Of a DNA stretch of 64,000 nt, positions 10,142 to 19,854 are shown one piece after another. Below the pieces are notes generated by a model. It was not told where the DNA came from. It worked only from the letters and a program-made list of their open reading frames with translations, and made no database searches. Positions within the stretch are counted from its first letter, which is position 1; each line of letters starts with the position of its first letter. The DNA comes from Patescibacteria group bacterium (GTDB lineage: Bacteria; Patescibacteriota; Patescibacteriia; UBA9570), in the NCBI GenBank assembly GCA_041660305.1, contig JBAZWO010000002.1, forward strand, positions 196,739-260,738. Reading direction: 5' to 3'. The position numbers were made by a program, and so were the translations under genes.

Positions 10142-11596
10142 ATGGACAAATTGTTATCTGAATACGAAGTTCGTCTTCAGAAATGTGCGCAATTACAGCG
10201 CCAGTTTAAAAGTGCTTATCCAGCCAATAGCGTGCGCACTCATACTTGTAAAACAGCATTAGATGAGTTTGATCAATTAGGTACAGAAAATATCACACTC
10301 ACTGGTAGGATTAGGTTATTACGTGGACACGGGCGACTTACTTTTGCCAGGTTAGAAGATGCTAGTGGAAAAATTCAGCTAGTTTTTTCGGAAAAAGACT
10401 TAGGCGAAGCCTATAAAACAATCACTACATTATTTGATGTTGGTGATATTATTTCAGCGACCGGTACAGTATTTATTACAAAACGCGGTGAACAATCATT
10501 ATTAGTTAAATCAGTTATAATGTTAGCCAAAGCGTTGCGGCCGTTGCCGGATAAGTGGCATGGTTTGCAAGATGAAGAATTGCGTTATCGGGAACGTTAT
10601 TTGGATATATTAATGAATCCGGAATTAAAAGAATTATTCTTAAAAAAAAGCAAATTTTGGCAGAGCATTAGAAATTTTTTATTAACCGAAGGCTTTTTAG
10701 AAGTGGAAACTCCGGTTTTAGAAGCTACGCCTGGTGGCGCAGATGCACAGCCGTTTATCACTCATCATCACGCTTTGGATATAGATTTATATTTACGTAT
10801 TTCAATGGGAGAATTATGGCAGAAACGCTTAATGGTAGCTGGTTTTGAAAAAACCTTTGAAATTGGCCGACAATTTAGAAACGAAGGCATTAGCAATGAG
10901 CATTTACAAGATTATACCCAAATGGAGTTTTATTGGGCCTATGCCAATTATCAAGCTGGCATGCAGTTAGTGGAACGATTATTTAAAACTTGTATTAAAG
11001 CCACGTTTAATACGCTGCAATTTAATATTCGAGGCTTTGCGATTAATTTAGATCAACCATGGCAAACTATTGATTACGCCGCTACGGTGCAAAAATACAC
11101 CAATATTAATGTAGCTACAGCTACTGAAGCAGAAATGCAAAAACGTTGTGTTGAATTAAAAATTAAAGTACCAGCCGGACAATTAAATCGAGCTCGTTTA
11201 ATTGATCAATTATGGAAACATTGTCGCAAACAAATTACTGGGCCAATGTTTTTAATTAATCATCCAGTAACAGTGTCTCCGTTAGCCAAGGGATTAGCGG
11301 ATCGGCCAGGTTTTGTAGAACGTTATCAAATAATTATAGCTGGCAGTGAACTAGGTAATGGGTATACCGAGTTAAATGATCCACAAGAACAAGCCGCTCG
11401 GTTTATGGAACAAACTAAATTACGAGAAGCCGGTGACACAGAAGCGCAAAGACATGATGAAGATTTTGTGCGAGCATTAGAATATGGTATGCCACCTACC
11501 ACTGGTTTTGGTTTAAGCGAGCGTTTATTTTCGTTTTTAATGGATAAACCTATTCGAGAGTGCGTATTATTTCCTTTGTTGCGTCCAAAACATTAA
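10142..11596 (+). CDS. lysS: Lysyl-tRNA synthetase, class II
   Basis: OB-fold N-terminus, RYRERYLDIL, FRNEGIS and GFGLSERL motifs. Confidence 0.93.
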   Translation: MDKLLSEYEVRLQKCAQLQRQFKSAYPANSVRTHTCKTALDEFDQLGTENITLTGRIRLLRGHGRLTFARLEDASGKIQLVFSEKDLGEAYKTITTLFDVGDIISATGTVFITKRGEQSLLVKSVIMLAKALRPLPDKWHGLQDEELRYRERYLDILMNPELKELFLKKSKFWQSIRNFLLTEGFLEVETPVLEATPGGADAQPFITHHHALDIDLYLRISMGELWQKRLMVAGFEKTFEIGRQFRNEGISNEHLQDYTQMEFYWAYANYQAGMQLVERLFKTCIKATFNTLQFNIRGFAINLDQPWQTIDYAATVQKYTNINVATATEAEMQKRCVELKIKVPAGQLNRARLIDQLWKHCRKQITGPMFLINHPVTVSPLAKGLADRPGFVERYQIIIAGSELGNGYTELNDPQEQAARFMEQTKLREAGDTEAQRHDEDFVRALEYGMPPTTGFGLSERLFSFLMDKPIRECVLFPLLRPKH

Positions 11597-11624
11597 TTAG
11601 GTAATATTAAAATTTTTATAAGTT

Positions 11625-12902
11625 ATGCTAGACATAAAATTTATTAGAGATAATGCTAATTTAGTACAACAAGCTGCTAAACAAAAACACATTACCATTG
11701 ATTTACCTAAGCTATTAGATTTAGATGAAGATCGGCGTAAAATGCAAAAACGCATTGATGATTTAAAAGCTGCTCAAGGACAAGCTAATAATGAAATGGC
11801 CACCGCCTCTGATGAACAAAAACAAGCAAAATTGATGCTTTTGCGCAAGTTATCAGCGGAAGTAAAAGATTTAGAAAGGATTTTTTCAGGCATTGAGCAA
11901 CAGTTTCGTACTCAATTATTAACTATTCCTAATATACCAGATGCGAAGGTTCCGATAGGAGATAATGAATCGGCGAATGTGGAATTGAAAAAAATCGGCA
12001 CTATTCCACAGTTTGATTTTGAGTTGAAAGATCATTTAACACTTGGTAAGACGCTAGACATTATTGATACAGAACGAGGGGTGAAAGTTACCGGCAATCG
12101 TGGCTATTATTTAAAAGGAGCCGGTGCTCAATTAGAATTGGCGCTCATGAATTATGGCCTGGATTTTTTAAGACAACGCGGTTTTACGCAATTTGTTACC
12201 CCGTTAATGGCTTATGATGAGTTCTTTTTTGGTACCGGTCATTTTCCTTGGATGAAAGACGAAACGTTTAAGGCGGTAGATAAAGAAAAGGCTCAAAATT
12301 TAATTGGTTCAGCCGAGGTTACATTATGCGCGTATCATGCTAATGAAACGTTAAAAGTTACAGAGTTACCTAAAAAATATACCGCGTGGACACCTTGTTT
12401 TCGTACGGAAGTTGGTAGCTATGGTAAAGATACTAAAGGTTTATATCGCTTGCGTCAATTTAACAAAGTTGAACAAGTAGTATTGTGTAAAAATGACAAT
12501 GACGCAGCTTGGCAGTTATTTGAGGAAATTATAAAAAATGCGGAAGATTTTTTAACCAGCTTAAATTTACCTTATCGGGTAATGGAATTATGTACTGGAG
12601 AAATGGGAGCTGGGCAGCGCTATAAACGTGATATTGAAACCTGGATGCCATCACGTAGTTTATATAGTGAAACGCATTCTTGTTCCTGGTTAGGGGATTT
12701 TCAAGCGCGGCGCTTAAATTTACGTTATCGCGACGAATTCGGTAAAGTGCAGTTTTGTCAAACCTTAAATAATACATTAGTGGCATCACCACGTTTGCTT
12801 ATCCCTTTATTAGAAATGAATCAGCAGGCTGATGGCAGTATTGCTATTCCAACTGTATTGCAGTCTTATATGCAAGGTAAACAGTTGATTAAGCAACCAT
12901 GA
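11625..12902 (+). CDS. serS: Seryl-tRNA synthetase
   Basis: N-terminal coiled-coil arm. Motifs CFRTEVGSYGKDTKGLYRLRQFNKVE and NNTLVASPR. Confidence 0.93.
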   Translation: MLDIKFIRDNANLVQQAAKQKHITIDLPKLLDLDEDRRKMQKRIDDLKAAQGQANNEMATASDEQKQAKLMLLRKLSAEVKDLERIFSGIEQQFRTQLLTIPNIPDAKVPIGDNESANVELKKIGTIPQFDFELKDHLTLGKTLDIIDTERGVKVTGNRGYYLKGAGAQLELALMNYGLDFLRQRGFTQFVTPLMAYDEFFFGTGHFPWMKDETFKAVDKEKAQNLIGSAEVTLCAYHANETLKVTELPKKYTAWTPCFRTEVGSYGKDTKGLYRLRQFNKVEQVVLCKNDNDAAWQLFEEIIKNAEDFLTSLNLPYRVMELCTGEMGAGQRYKRDIETWMPSRSLYSETHSCSWLGDFQARRLNLRYRDEFGKVQFCQTLNNTLVASPRLLIPLLEMNQQADGSIAIPTVLQSYMQGKQLIKQP

Positions 12903-14023
12903 AGCGATATTCTCAGCCAATTCAATACGATAATCCGTATTTTCAAAAACCAGCGAAAAACTGGTGGATGCAGCATGATCGGTGGGCTTATGGGGTGACT
13001 AGCTTGTTAATAGTTGGTTGTGTAGGATACTTTGCTATTAACCAACAATGGTGTTGGATTAATAATATTACAGTAACTGGTAATGAATATTTATCAACCG
13101 AACAAATTACTCAACCAGCTTGGCAAGCGCTTAATACTAGAAGATGGTGGTTATTGCCACAGAGGTTTTATTTTTTTAGTAATACTAATTATATCGCTGA
13201 ACATATCAAACAAACGTTAAGTAATAATTTTGGTTTAGACACTGTTATAGTAACTAAACAATTTCCTAAACAAATCAATATTGTAGTTAGTGAGCGTATT
13301 CCAGGTTTAACTTATATTATTAATAATGATTATTATTATTTAGATCAAGCTAGCTATATCACAGAGAAAGTATCTAATATAAGCGAAATAAATCAAAAAT
13401 ATCCTCATCTTAGGGATTTAAATACAACTAGAACAGTTACGGTAGGAAATTCAGTAGTAGGAGAACAAACGATGAATTTTTTAGTGCAATTAAACAAAAA
13501 TTTCACCAAAGTATCACAACTAAATATAGCTGAATATCAACTACCTCTGGTGCAATGTCAAAAAAAGAGTTATGTAGCAGAAAAGTTAATTAATGAAGAC
13601 ATTAATCAAACTACCGATGAAACGTTAAAACAACAAAAATTATTAATTTTAGAACAATTACAAAAAAAGGAAATTACTGTTGATGAAAGCTTAGCGTTAT
13701 TAGACGATTTAAAAAAAGGTAATATAACCAATAACAATAAAAATGATAATAATACTAATGTAAATAGCAATAATAATAACGTTAATGCTAATTACGTAGC
13801 TATTAAAGCTCAGTATAATAACACGGCTTGTGATTATAATAATGTTTTACATGATTTATATGTAATTACGCAAAATAACGGCTTAGCAGTTTATTTTGAT
13901 ACCACTTTAGATATTAATCTACAATTAACGCATTTAAAAACATTATTAGATAGTAATAAAGTAAACGTGGATAAGCTTACTTATATTGACTTAAGGTTTT
14001 TAGACAAGGTTTATTATAAATAA
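12899..14023 (+). CDS. ftsQ: FtsQ/DivIB-like cell-division protein (POTRA) with an Asn-rich insert
   Basis: TM helix followed by a POTRA-like INNITVTGNEYLSTEQI segment. A low-complexity stretch NITNNNKNDNNTNVNSNNNNVNAN is present. Confidence 0.6.
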   Translation: MKRYSQPIQYDNPYFQKPAKNWWMQHDRWAYGVTSLLIVGCVGYFAINQQWCWINNITVTGNEYLSTEQITQPAWQALNTRRWWLLPQRFYFFSNTNYIAEHIKQTLSNNFGLDTVIVTKQFPKQINIVVSERIPGLTYIINNDYYYLDQASYITEKVSNISEINQKYPHLRDLNTTRTVTVGNSVVGEQTMNFLVQLNKNFTKVSQLNIAEYQLPLVQCQKKSYVAEKLINEDINQTTDETLKQQKLLILEQLQKKEITVDESLALLDDLKKGNITNNNKNDNNTNVNSNNNNVNANYVAIKAQYNNTACDYNNVLHDLYVITQNNGLAVYFDTTLDINLQLTHLKTLLDSNKVNVDKLTYIDLRFLDKVYYK

Positions 14024-14107
14024 GTGTCGTCTAAGATATATTGTGCGACACTAATATTTTCTTTTACACGCTAACCTACTATAACACACCGGGATAAACC
14101 CGGGTGT
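14024..14107. terminator. Two hairpins between convergent genes (ftsQ-like and M23 peptidase)
   Basis: GTGTCG...CGACAC (14024-14051) is followed by a T-rich run. ACACCGGG-ATAAA-CCCGGGTGT lies at 14086-14107. Confidence 0.3.
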
Positions 14108-14119
14108 TAAGTTGGTAAG

Positions 14120-15433
14120 TTACTTTAAGTATAATAACGGATCAACCGGGGCTAAGCCTTTATAGATACTAAAATGTAAATGAGGGCCGGTACTATAAGC
14201 CCCTGTGCCGGTTAGACCCGGCATACCGCCACTTAAAGCAATAGTTTGACCTTTTTGTACTGGTTGGCCTTGTTCTACAAATACTTTGCTGACATGGCCA
14301 TAAAGTGAGCGAAAATCATCGGCATGTACAATAGTGATATAAGCATAGTTAGATGTGCCATCAAATTTAACAATGCCTACTACCCCACTATCTACCGCTT
14401 TAAGAGGCGTGCCTTGTGGTGCGGCAATATCAATAGCGTTATGTTCAAACACGCTACGGAATACATAACTAGGATCTCTAAAGGTAGTGGTAATGCGTCC
14501 ACGTACCGGCCAATCTGGTGAAAATGATGTAGGATAAACAAATGGTGTATTAGTGTTAACATCCGTAGTGGCGGTAGAGCTTAGTTTATCTAGGGTGGCT
14601 CGAGCGCTTTTTTCCAAATCGGTAATTTGCGAATTAATCCCCTGTTGTTCAGCTTGAATCGCTTTAACTAATTCTTGAAATTTTGCTTCATCAGTTTGCA
14701 CCTCATCCAATAGTTTGGTTTTGTAATCAGCTTCGCCCTGCAGAGTTTGTTCACTAGCTACTAGATCTAACTTAGTTTGCTCTTGTTCAGCTTGCTGAGT
14801 TTTTAATTCAGTATGTTTATCTTCTAAGGTTTGTTTTAAATCTTGAAAATCTTGTAAGGATGATTTTAGATTACTATTTAATGAACGAGTATATTCTATT
14901 TGGTTACTAAAATCACTTAACGTGTTATGAGCTAGGCTGATTTCTAAAAACGTTTTTTGATCGTATTCGTATAGTTGACGGACTAATTGTTGAATTTGCT
15001 TTTGTTTTTCACTAATTTGGTTATCGGTTTGCTTAATACTTAATCGAGTCCGTTCTTGTTCTAAGGTGTTTTTTTCAATAGCCACATTAGTTTGTGAAAT
15101 TTCTGCGCGGGTTAATTCAGTTTGTGTATCCAGGGCTTCTAATTGACTGTTCAAGGTTAATTCTTTTTGTTGGATTGATTTTAAGTTATCGTTATAAACA
15201 GTAATTTTATCTTGCAAACCATTATAAGAACCTTGTTTGTCTTTTATGTCATTTTGTAATTGCTGTAGTTGTTGTTGTAATGCAGTGTTATTATTTGTAT
15301 TATCTGTGTTAGATGTATTAGTACTCTCTTCCTCAGCTACTACTAAATAAGTATTAGTAAAAACGGCTATAAAAGCTAATAATATTGCTAATATTAGGTA
15401 ATATTTATGATTGTAGAAGTGTAATTGCCGCAT
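14120..15433 (-). CDS. M23 (LytM/EnvC-like) peptidoglycan endopeptidase with a long coiled coil
   Basis: Signal/TM segment, about 250 aa of Gln/Glu-rich coiled coil, then a C-terminal HNAIDIAAPQGTP...GPHLHFSIY M23 signature. Confidence 0.85.
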   Translation of the reverse strand: MRQLHFYNHKYYLILAILLAFIAVFTNTYLVVAEEESTNTSNTDNTNNNTALQQQLQQLQNDIKDKQGSYNGLQDKITVYNDNLKSIQQKELTLNSQLEALDTQTELTRAEISQTNVAIEKNTLEQERTRLSIKQTDNQISEKQKQIQQLVRQLYEYDQKTFLEISLAHNTLSDFSNQIEYTRSLNSNLKSSLQDFQDLKQTLEDKHTELKTQQAEQEQTKLDLVASEQTLQGEADYKTKLLDEVQTDEAKFQELVKAIQAEQQGINSQITDLEKSARATLDKLSSTATTDVNTNTPFVYPTSFSPDWPVRGRITTTFRDPSYVFRSVFEHNAIDIAAPQGTPLKAVDSGVVGIVKFDGTSNYAYITIVHADDFRSLYGHVSKVFVEQGQPVQKGQTIALSGGMPGLTGTGAYSTGPHLHFSIYKGLAPVDPLLYLK

Positions 15434-16850
15434 AAATGCGTTGTAAAGTTTTAGTTTTTCCTAAGATACTAGCTACTTCAAATGGTGAGGGCGAAGCTGG
15501 TTTTCCGGTTAACGCTACTCGTAGTGGCCATAAAATATCCCCATTATTATAACCGGCGGTTTTTATCCAAGTAATAATGTTAGTTTCCAGTGTTTTTTGG
15601 TTTGACCAAATTTCATCATTATTGTTTTGTGCTAAATAATTAGCTAAGGCTGTTAAATAAATTTTAGTTTGTGCTGGCGTATTTTTTTTCCAAAGCAATA
15701 ATGTAGCTGGATAATTTAATGTTTCTGTAAAAAAGAAATCAGTTTCGTTTTTAATATCACTTAGTTTTTTTAAACGCGGTTGTTCTAAGGCAATTATTTT
15801 TTCTACTGTATGTAAGGGGGCGTTAACAATGTTTTGTTTGTCTAAATAAGGTCGGCACAATTCAGTTAGTTGAATAGTAGTGTATTGCTTAATGTATTGA
15901 TTATTATACCAATCTAGTTTTATGGTATCAAAAATTGGATTCGCGGTGTGTACCTGGTTCAAATCAAACTGTTGTATTAGTTGTTCTAAATTAAACATTT
16001 CTTGGGTGGATTTTGGATTCCAGCCTAACATGGCAATAAAATTAACTACTGCTTCTGGTAAATAACCTTGTGCTTTATATTCCAATAACGCAGTAGCGCC
16101 CTCACGTTTAGATAATTTTCCACCACCCTTTTTAATAAATAAAGATAAATGGGCAAATTGTGGTGTGTCCCAGCCAAAAGCGCGGTATAATAACACGTGT
16201 TTGGGGGTAGATGGTATCCATTCTTCACCACGAATCACATGGGTAATACCACTAGCATAATCATCCACCACATTGGCTAAATGGTAGGTGGGAAAACCAT
16301 CAGATTTTAATAAAATTTGATCATCAATGTCTTGACACTGAAACGTAATTTTTCCACGAACCAAATCTTGTACAATAATTTCGCCTTGATCCGGCACATT
16401 TAAGCGCACCACATAAGGTTCTTTGTTAGTTAATTTTTCTTCAATTTCCGCCTTACTTAAATGTAAGCAAGTTTTATCATATTTTGGAGCCCGTTGTTTT
16501 TTTTGTTGAATCTCGCGCATTAACTGCAATCTTTCTGGAGTACAAAAACAATAATAAGCTTTTTTGCTAGCTAGTAATTTATCAATGTGTTGTTTATATA
16601 GTTCAGTGCGTTTAGATTGGTACAATACTTCTCCATCCCAATTTAACCCCAACCATTTTAATCCGGAAAAAATACTCTCTTCGGCAGTGGCTTGATAGCG
16701 CGTACGATCGGTATCTTCAATGCGTAATAAAAATTCGCCACCCATTTTTTTGGCCCATAAATATGAATATAACGCCGTACGAGCTCCACCAATATGCAAA
16801 TTACCGGTTGGTGAAGGGGCGAATCTAGTTTTAATAATAGATGTGGTCAT
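15405..16850 (-). CDS. gltX: Glutamyl-tRNA synthetase
   Basis: RFAPSPTGNLHIGGARTALY (HIGH motif) and KLSKR (KMSKS motif). Confidence 0.93.
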   Translation of the reverse strand: MTTSIIKTRFAPSPTGNLHIGGARTALYSYLWAKKMGGEFLLRIEDTDRTRYQATAEESIFSGLKWLGLNWDGEVLYQSKRTELYKQHIDKLLASKKAYYCFCTPERLQLMREIQQKKQRAPKYDKTCLHLSKAEIEEKLTNKEPYVVRLNVPDQGEIIVQDLVRGKITFQCQDIDDQILLKSDGFPTYHLANVVDDYASGITHVIRGEEWIPSTPKHVLLYRAFGWDTPQFAHLSLFIKKGGGKLSKREGATALLEYKAQGYLPEAVVNFIAMLGWNPKSTQEMFNLEQLIQQFDLNQVHTANPIFDTIKLDWYNNQYIKQYTTIQLTELCRPYLDKQNIVNAPLHTVEKIIALEQPRLKKLSDIKNETDFFFTETLNYPATLLLWKKNTPAQTKIYLTALANYLAQNNNDEIWSNQKTLETNIITWIKTAGYNNGDILWPLRVALTGKPASPSPFEVASILGKTKTLQRIYAAITLLQS

Positions 16851-17551
16851 TGCTTAATGCGTTCACGCAAACAATAAATTGAAAAAACGATTACTGCGTT
16901 GCTAATGCGTTTTAAGCGCTTAATCGGCTGCCACCATAAGCGCCATAACCATTCTAACCCAATTTTTCGAAAAAATAAAGGGGCACGCTGCTGTTTTTTG
17001 GTTAAAAAGTCCAATCCACCACCCACTGTTAATACCAATTTCGTTTTATTTAGCTCCAATTTATGTTTTATTGCCCAGTTTTCTTGCTGTGGAGCCCCTA
17101 AACCAACTAAAATAATATCCAGAATAACATTAGGCACAACATCAACATTACTCATAATTACTAAACGACAGTTTTGGTATTGTTTAGCAAAAACAGCTTC
17201 CAAATCAGCTTGTGTAGACAAACCTTTAGTATTAAATACTAAACCAACCGTTAACTCCTGCTCATGAGCTAATTGTAACAAGTACAGCATTGTATCTACC
17301 CCAGTAATACGTTGCTTAATTTGTTGTTTACTAAACCACACTATCCCCTGCCCGTCTGGCAAACATAAATCAGCTTGGTTTAAGATATTAAAAAAAGCCA
17401 GGTTTTGTTTGGCTAACACCAAAATTTCTGGATTTGGTGTGAATACTATTTTTACACCGCTATTATTTTGTAGTTGTTGCTTTAACCAAAAATGCACTTG
17501 TGGTTCAGTAAGCGTAGTTACAGGTAGGCCTAATATTTTAACGATATTCAT
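16847..17551 (-). CDS. WecG/TagA/CpsF-family glycosyltransferase
   Basis: 234 aa, with the VGLGAPQQENWA motif characteristic of this family. Confidence 0.75.
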   Translation of the reverse strand: MNIVKILGLPVTTLTEPQVHFWLKQQLQNNSGVKIVFTPNPEILVLAKQNLAFFNILNQADLCLPDGQGIVWFSKQQIKQRITGVDTMLYLLQLAHEQELTVGLVFNTKGLSTQADLEAVFAKQYQNCRLVIMSNVDVVPNVILDIILVGLGAPQQENWAIKHKLELNKTKLVLTVGGGLDFLTKKQQRAPLFFRKIGLEWLWRLWWQPIKRLKRISNAVIVFSIYCLRERIKQ

Positions 17552-17602
17552 AACAATTCAGTTCATTGTAGCAAATGTTATTAGTTAGTGTAAAACAAGC
17601 GC

Positions 17603-17631
17603 TTGAAATAAAGTGTAAAATGTTATATAAT
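17603..17631 (+). promoter_or_regulatory. Near-consensus sigma-70 promoter
   Basis: TTGAAA (17603-17608), exactly 17 nt, then TATAAT (17626-17631). The ATG at 17641 is only 10 nt downstream. Confidence 0.5.
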
Positions 17632-17640
17632 GATAATAAT

Positions 17641-19056
17641 ATGAGTAAGAAGTTATTAATAGTGGTTAGCACTGTCTTAATAGGGCTAAATATAGCCAAG
17701 CCAACACTGGCTAGAGTGTTTAATTCTAACGCTATTATCTCCGATCCGGATATGGTGGATTATACTACCATGTCTATTAGCGGCATTCAATCGGTATTAA
17801 CGAATGGTGGCGGCATTTTGGGTAGTTATAAAACAACGTATAATAGCAGTACGTATTCTGCGGCAGAAATTATTTATTTGGCCGCGCAAAACGCTCAATT
17901 AAATCCACAGTTTTTATTAGTGCAATTACAAAAAGAATCTAGCTTAATTACTAGCAATAACGCTAATTTAGTAGATTGGGCCATGGGTTATGGCGTATGT
18001 GATAGCTGTAGTAAAGACGACCCCACAGTGGTTAAATATAAAGGTTTTTACAACCAAATGACGGCAGCTTCCAATCAATTTCGTAATTATATTAACGATT
18101 TGAATAATAGAAACTCAACCATTAGTGGTTGGGGGGTTGGTAGAGCTAAAACTACTTTAGATGGTATTACCATTACTCCGGAAAATAAAGCCACGGCGGC
18201 GTTATATACCTATACACCTTGGGTGGGTTATTATGGTGGTGAGGAATCTGTAGGCGGTAATTCGTTGCTGTTTGATTTATTTGAACGTTATTTTCCAGAT
18301 CGTAACAATGGCTTAGTGGCTCGTTTAGAATATCCTGATGGGGTGTTGTTTCAAGGTCCGGATGGTAGTGTGTTTCGGTTGGAACATGGCGCGTTACGAC
18401 CAATTACTTCAAAAGCGGCCTTATTAGCTAATTACAATCCTAATGCTATTATTAACGTTGGCCAGAATGTGCTTAATCGCTACGAGCAAGGTGATCCGAT
18501 TAGCTATCCAAAATTTATTTTAGTCCAATCAACTGATACTGGTAGTGTGTTTGTGATTGATGATAAATATCATCGGCGAGCCATTACTTCTAAAAGCATG
18601 CTGCGTGATTTAGGTTATAATCCCGAAGAAATTATATCCGTAGCAGATGAGGATTTAAGCGCCATTCCAGAAAGTAGCCCTCTAGCTACGGCTGATAAGT
18701 ATCCACTAGGAGCTTTGTTGCAAAATAAAAACACTGGTGCCGTAATGTATTTCGATCGTAAACAAACTTTGCACCCAGTCATTAGCCGTACGATTATTGC
18801 CAATCGTTATAAAGGTTATCCGGTATATCAAGAATCCAATGATACATTAAAACAATATAACCAATCCGTGCCAGTTAAATTAGCGGATGGTACATTGGTA
18901 AAAATACCAGAACGTAATGCCGTGTACGTAATTGACCATGGCAACAAACGCTTAATTACCTCACCAAAAATATTAAAAAAATTAGGTGGTAAAAAAAATA
19001 TTTTAGTGGTTGATAAAAAAATACTTAAATTACACCCGCTGGGTGAAAGTTATTAA
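17641..19056 (+). CDS. Secreted protein with a glucosaminidase/lysozyme-like N-terminal region plus four ~57-aa C-terminal repeats
   Basis: The start at 17641 gives the signal peptide MSKKLLIVVSTVLIGLNIAKPTLA. The ORF-track start at 17575 precedes the promoter. The N-terminal region contains NPQFLLVQLQKESSL. The four repeats carry the core (K/R)RxITSxxxL. Confidence 0.6.
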   Translation: MSKKLLIVVSTVLIGLNIAKPTLARVFNSNAIISDPDMVDYTTMSISGIQSVLTNGGGILGSYKTTYNSSTYSAAEIIYLAAQNAQLNPQFLLVQLQKESSLITSNNANLVDWAMGYGVCDSCSKDDPTVVKYKGFYNQMTAASNQFRNYINDLNNRNSTISGWGVGRAKTTLDGITITPENKATAALYTYTPWVGYYGGEESVGGNSLLFDLFERYFPDRNNGLVARLEYPDGVLFQGPDGSVFRLEHGALRPITSKAALLANYNPNAIINVGQNVLNRYEQGDPISYPKFILVQSTDTGSVFVIDDKYHRRAITSKSMLRDLGYNPEEIISVADEDLSAIPESSPLATADKYPLGALLQNKNTGAVMYFDRKQTLHPVISRTIIANRYKGYPVYQESNDTLKQYNQSVPVKLADGTLVKIPERNAVYVIDHGNKRLITSPKILKKLGGKKNILVVDKKILKLHPLGESY

Positions 19057-19071
19057 TTATAAAAAATACTT

Positions 19072-19842
19072 ATGTCATTAGTATTTGCCGCCATTACGCC
19101 TTGCTCGCCACTTACCTTAACCGATGATAGTTTTGCTAAAAGCCGAGCCGCTTTAAAAGAATTAGAGGGTGAATTATATGTAATGCAACCAGATGTACTT
19201 TTTGTTATTTCTCCCCTAGCGCCTATGGCTAAAGACGCGTTTTTAATTAATTTAGCCAACGAGTATGTAGCGGATGTTCAAGAACACGGCAACACACTTA
19301 AACCGTTAAATTATGGTTGTGATATTGAGTTGATTAGTAAATTACGTGAGTATGCCGATGGTCATAACTATGGTCGAGCTAATATTATCAATCAATCGGT
19401 ACTAGATCATGGTATTGCCGTACCGTTATATCATCTGGCCAAACACTTACCACATATAAAAATTGTGCCAATTAGTTTGGCTTTAGGTAATGTGGAAGAA
19501 CATTATAAATTTGGGCATATTTTGCGTCATGTGGCCAATGAAAGCAATAAACGAGTGGCTGTTATTGGTTCATTACAATTATCCGTACGACCAAATCATA
19601 AAGCTAATCCAGATGCTGATACTTACGATCATGCCGTAGTTGATTTATTAAAAAAGGGTTCCTTTAACGATATTATTAAACTAAATGCTAGTTTAATTGA
19701 TTCAGCGGAAGCTATTTATAGCCAAAAAGTTTTAGCCTTATTAGCTGGTACATTTCAAAACATCAGCGTGGCCTCACGGGTGTTATGTTATGAAATTGTA
19801 AATGATACTAGTCATTTGGTGGTGCAGTTTAATTTAATTTAA
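19072..19842 (+). CDS. Class III extradiol dioxygenase subunit B (LigB/Memo-like) family protein
   Basis: 256 aa. It has LDHGIAVPLYHL and an N-terminal SPLAP segment typical of the LigB fold. The substrate is unknown. Confidence 0.5.
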   Translation: MSLVFAAITPCSPLTLTDDSFAKSRAALKELEGELYVMQPDVLFVISPLAPMAKDAFLINLANEYVADVQEHGNTLKPLNYGCDIELISKLREYADGHNYGRANIINQSVLDHGIAVPLYHLAKHLPHIKIVPISLALGNVEEHYKFGHILRHVANESNKRVAVIGSLQLSVRPNHKANPDADTYDHAVVDLLKKGSFNDIIKLNASLIDSAEAIYSQKVLALLAGTFQNISVASRVLCYEIVNDTSHLVVQFNLI

Positions 19843-19854
19843 CAATTTAAGCGC

